Positions 38,492 through 39,939 of a stretch of DNA of 39,939 bases are shown here, in pieces; the first letter of the stretch is position 1; every line of letters begins with the position of its first letter. Made by a program: the position numbers and the translations under genes. Location of the stretch: NCBI GenBank assembly GCA_937927455.1, contig CALBEG010000046.1, forward strand, positions 1-39,939, in the 5' to 3' direction. Below the pieces are notes generated by a model. It did no database searches. It worked only from the letters and a program-made list of their open reading frames with translations, and was not told the origin of the DNA. The DNA comes from an uncultured Elioraea sp. (GTDB taxonomy: Bacteria; Pseudomonadota; Alphaproteobacteria; Acetobacterales; Acetobacteraceae).

Positions 38492-39939
38492 ATGGGGGAG
38501 AATTTCGCGGTCTCGACTGGCGGTGCTCAGGTCGTTCGGACACAGCCTGAGTACGTTGAGGACGTCATTCGCGCCTTCGTCATCGCCACCGTGTTCTGGG
38601 GCGTCGTTGGCTTTCTGATGGGGACGATCATCGCCTGGCAGCTGGCCTTCCCCCTGCTGAATCTTGATCTCGAGTGGACGACCTTCGGCCGGCTTCGCCC
38701 CGTCCACACCTCAGCGGTGATTTTTGCTTTCGGCGGCAATGCTTTGCTCGGCACCTCGCTCTACGTCGTGCAGCGCACCTGCCGGGCCCGGCTGTTCGGT
38801 GGCAACGAGGCAGGATGGTTCCTGTTCTGGGGCTATCAGACCTTCATCATCCTGGCCGCCCTCGGGTACGTCACCGGGGTGACGCAAGGCAAGGAGTATG
38901 CCGAGCCTGAGTGGTACGTCGACCTGTTCTTGACTTTCGTCTGGGTGGTCTACCTCGTCGTCTTCGTCGGTACAATCATCAAGCGCGAGGAACCTCACAT
39001 TTATGTAGCGAACTGGTTTTACCTCGCCTTCATCATCACCATCGCCATGCTGCACATCGGCAACAATCTGGTTCTGCCGATCGACTGGGGCTCCGCCAAG
39101 TCGTACCAGGTGTCGGCTGGCGTGCAGGATGCGATGATCCAGTGGTGGTATGGCCACAACGCTGTCGGCTTCTTCCTCACCGCGGGCTTCCTCGGGATGA
39201 TGTATTACTTCATTCCGAAGCGTGCTGAGCGGCCCGTTTATTCGTACAGGCTCAGCATCGTCCATTTCTGGTCGCTGATCTTCCTCTACATCTGGGCCGG
39301 CCCACACCACCTTCACTACACGGCACTGCCGGATTGGACGCAGACGCTTGGGATGATCTTCAGCGTGATGCTTTGGATGCCGTCCTGGGGCGGAATGATC
39401 AACGGCATCATGACTTTGTCTGGAGCGTGGGACAAGCTGCGCACCGACCCTGGGCTTCGCTTCTCCGTCACTGCCGTCGCCTTCTACGGGATGAGCACCT
39501 TCGAGGGCCCGGTGATGAGCATCAAGGCCGTCAATGCGCTCAGCCATTACACGGACTGGACGGTCGGCCACGTGCATTCGGGGGCGATGGGCTGGGTCGG
39601 CTTTATCACCTTCGGCGCGATCTACTATCTCGTGCCCGTGTTGTGGGGAAAGCGCGAGCTCTACAGCCAGCGCCTTGTCGCCTGGCATTTCTGGATCGCG
39701 ACCTTGGGCATTGTCTTTTACATCACGGCAATGTGGGTCTCGGGCATCATGCAGGGGCTGATGTGGCGCGCCTACGACGAGCTCGGCTTCCTGCAGTACA
39801 GCTTCATCGAAACCGTCGCCGCCATGCACCCCTACTACGTGATTCGCGCTTTGGGCGGGGTGCTCTACGTCACCGGCGCGCTGATCATGGTCTACAACCT
39901 CTACAAGACCGTGACGGAGTCGGAACCGTTGCCGGCGCC
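38492..39939 (+). CDS. ccoN: cbb3-type cytochrome c oxidase subunit I (runs off the 3' end; absent from the ORF track)
   Basis: ATG at 38492 gives MGENFAVS...[19 protein letters not shown]...KEYAEPEW...[14 protein letters not shown]...WAGPHHLHY...[10 protein letters not shown]. No stop before the window end. Confidence 0.97.
   Translation, partial: MGENFAVSTGGAQVVRTQPEYVEDVIRAFVIATVFWGVVGFLMGTIIAWQLAFPLLNLDLEWTTFGRLRPVHTSAVIFAFGGNALLGTSLYVVQRTCRARLFGGNEAGWFLFWGYQTFIILAALGYVTGVTQGKEYAEPEWYVDLFLTFVWVVYLVVFVGTIIKREEPHIYVANWFYLAFIITIAMLHIGNNLVLPIDWGSAKSYQVSAGVQDAMIQWWYGHNAVGFFLTAGFLGMMYYFIPKRAERPVYSYRLSIVHFWSLIFLYIWAGPHHLHYTALPDWTQTLGMIFSVMLWMPSWGGMINGIMTLSGAWDKLRTDPGLRFSVTAVAFYGMSTFEGPVMSIKAVNALSHYTDWTVGHVHSGAMGWVGFITFGAIYYLVPVLWGKRELYSQRLVAWHFWIATLGIVFYITAMWVSGIMQGLMWRAYDELGFLQYSFIETVAAMHPYYVIRALGGVLYVTGALIMVYNLYKTVTESEPLPA

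Noticed and set aside
38488-38550. Short ATG ORF at 38488 as a ccoN leader peptide
   Set aside because: It is an out-of-frame 20-codon ORF overlapping the true start. The ATG at 38492 is better spaced from the GAGAGG RBS and gives the CcoN frame.
474-39829. Many long antisense or alternate-frame ORFs (e.g. 474-1862, 5513-6874, 11109-13019, 18468-20393, 28768-30825, 30653-32773, 38711-39829)
   Set aside because: They are shadows of well-identified genes, as expected in high-GC DNA, and have no recognisable motifs.
1-39939. CRISPR array, prophage, integron, rRNA or tandem repeat array
   Set aside because: I saw no regularly spaced direct repeats and no phage, integrase, cas or rRNA sequence on reading through.

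Overview
High-GC alphaproteobacterial chromosome segment; gene order and protein style suggest Rhodospirillales/Acetobacteraceae (inference). It is mostly core genome: tolB(3' part)-pal-cpoB-tilS-ftsH-glmM-thiD, serC-serA, an intact TRAP transporter, dienelactone hydrolase plus CoA-transferase, psd-pssA, a LysM protein, a cytochrome b / cytochrome c' pair, a LOG protein, tRNA-Pro(CGG), lpdA, ftsK, a GNAT, a DMT transporter, and an FNR-box-linked microaerobic block ending in ccoN. Decayed accessory genes sit between these: an IS5-family element with a broken transposase, a PEP-CTERM gene, a phzF fragment, a cryptic ppk2 remnant, a broken nuclease-DUF2075 helicase and a dead second TRAP operon. 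I found no CRISPR array, prophage or clearly novel intact multi-gene system. The best leads are one substitution that removes two opposite-strand stop codons at the IS target site, a tilS lacking a canonical start, a ~35-aa in-frame insertion in LOG, a Cys/His-rich small ORF, and an extra membrane gene coupled to the TRAP operon.
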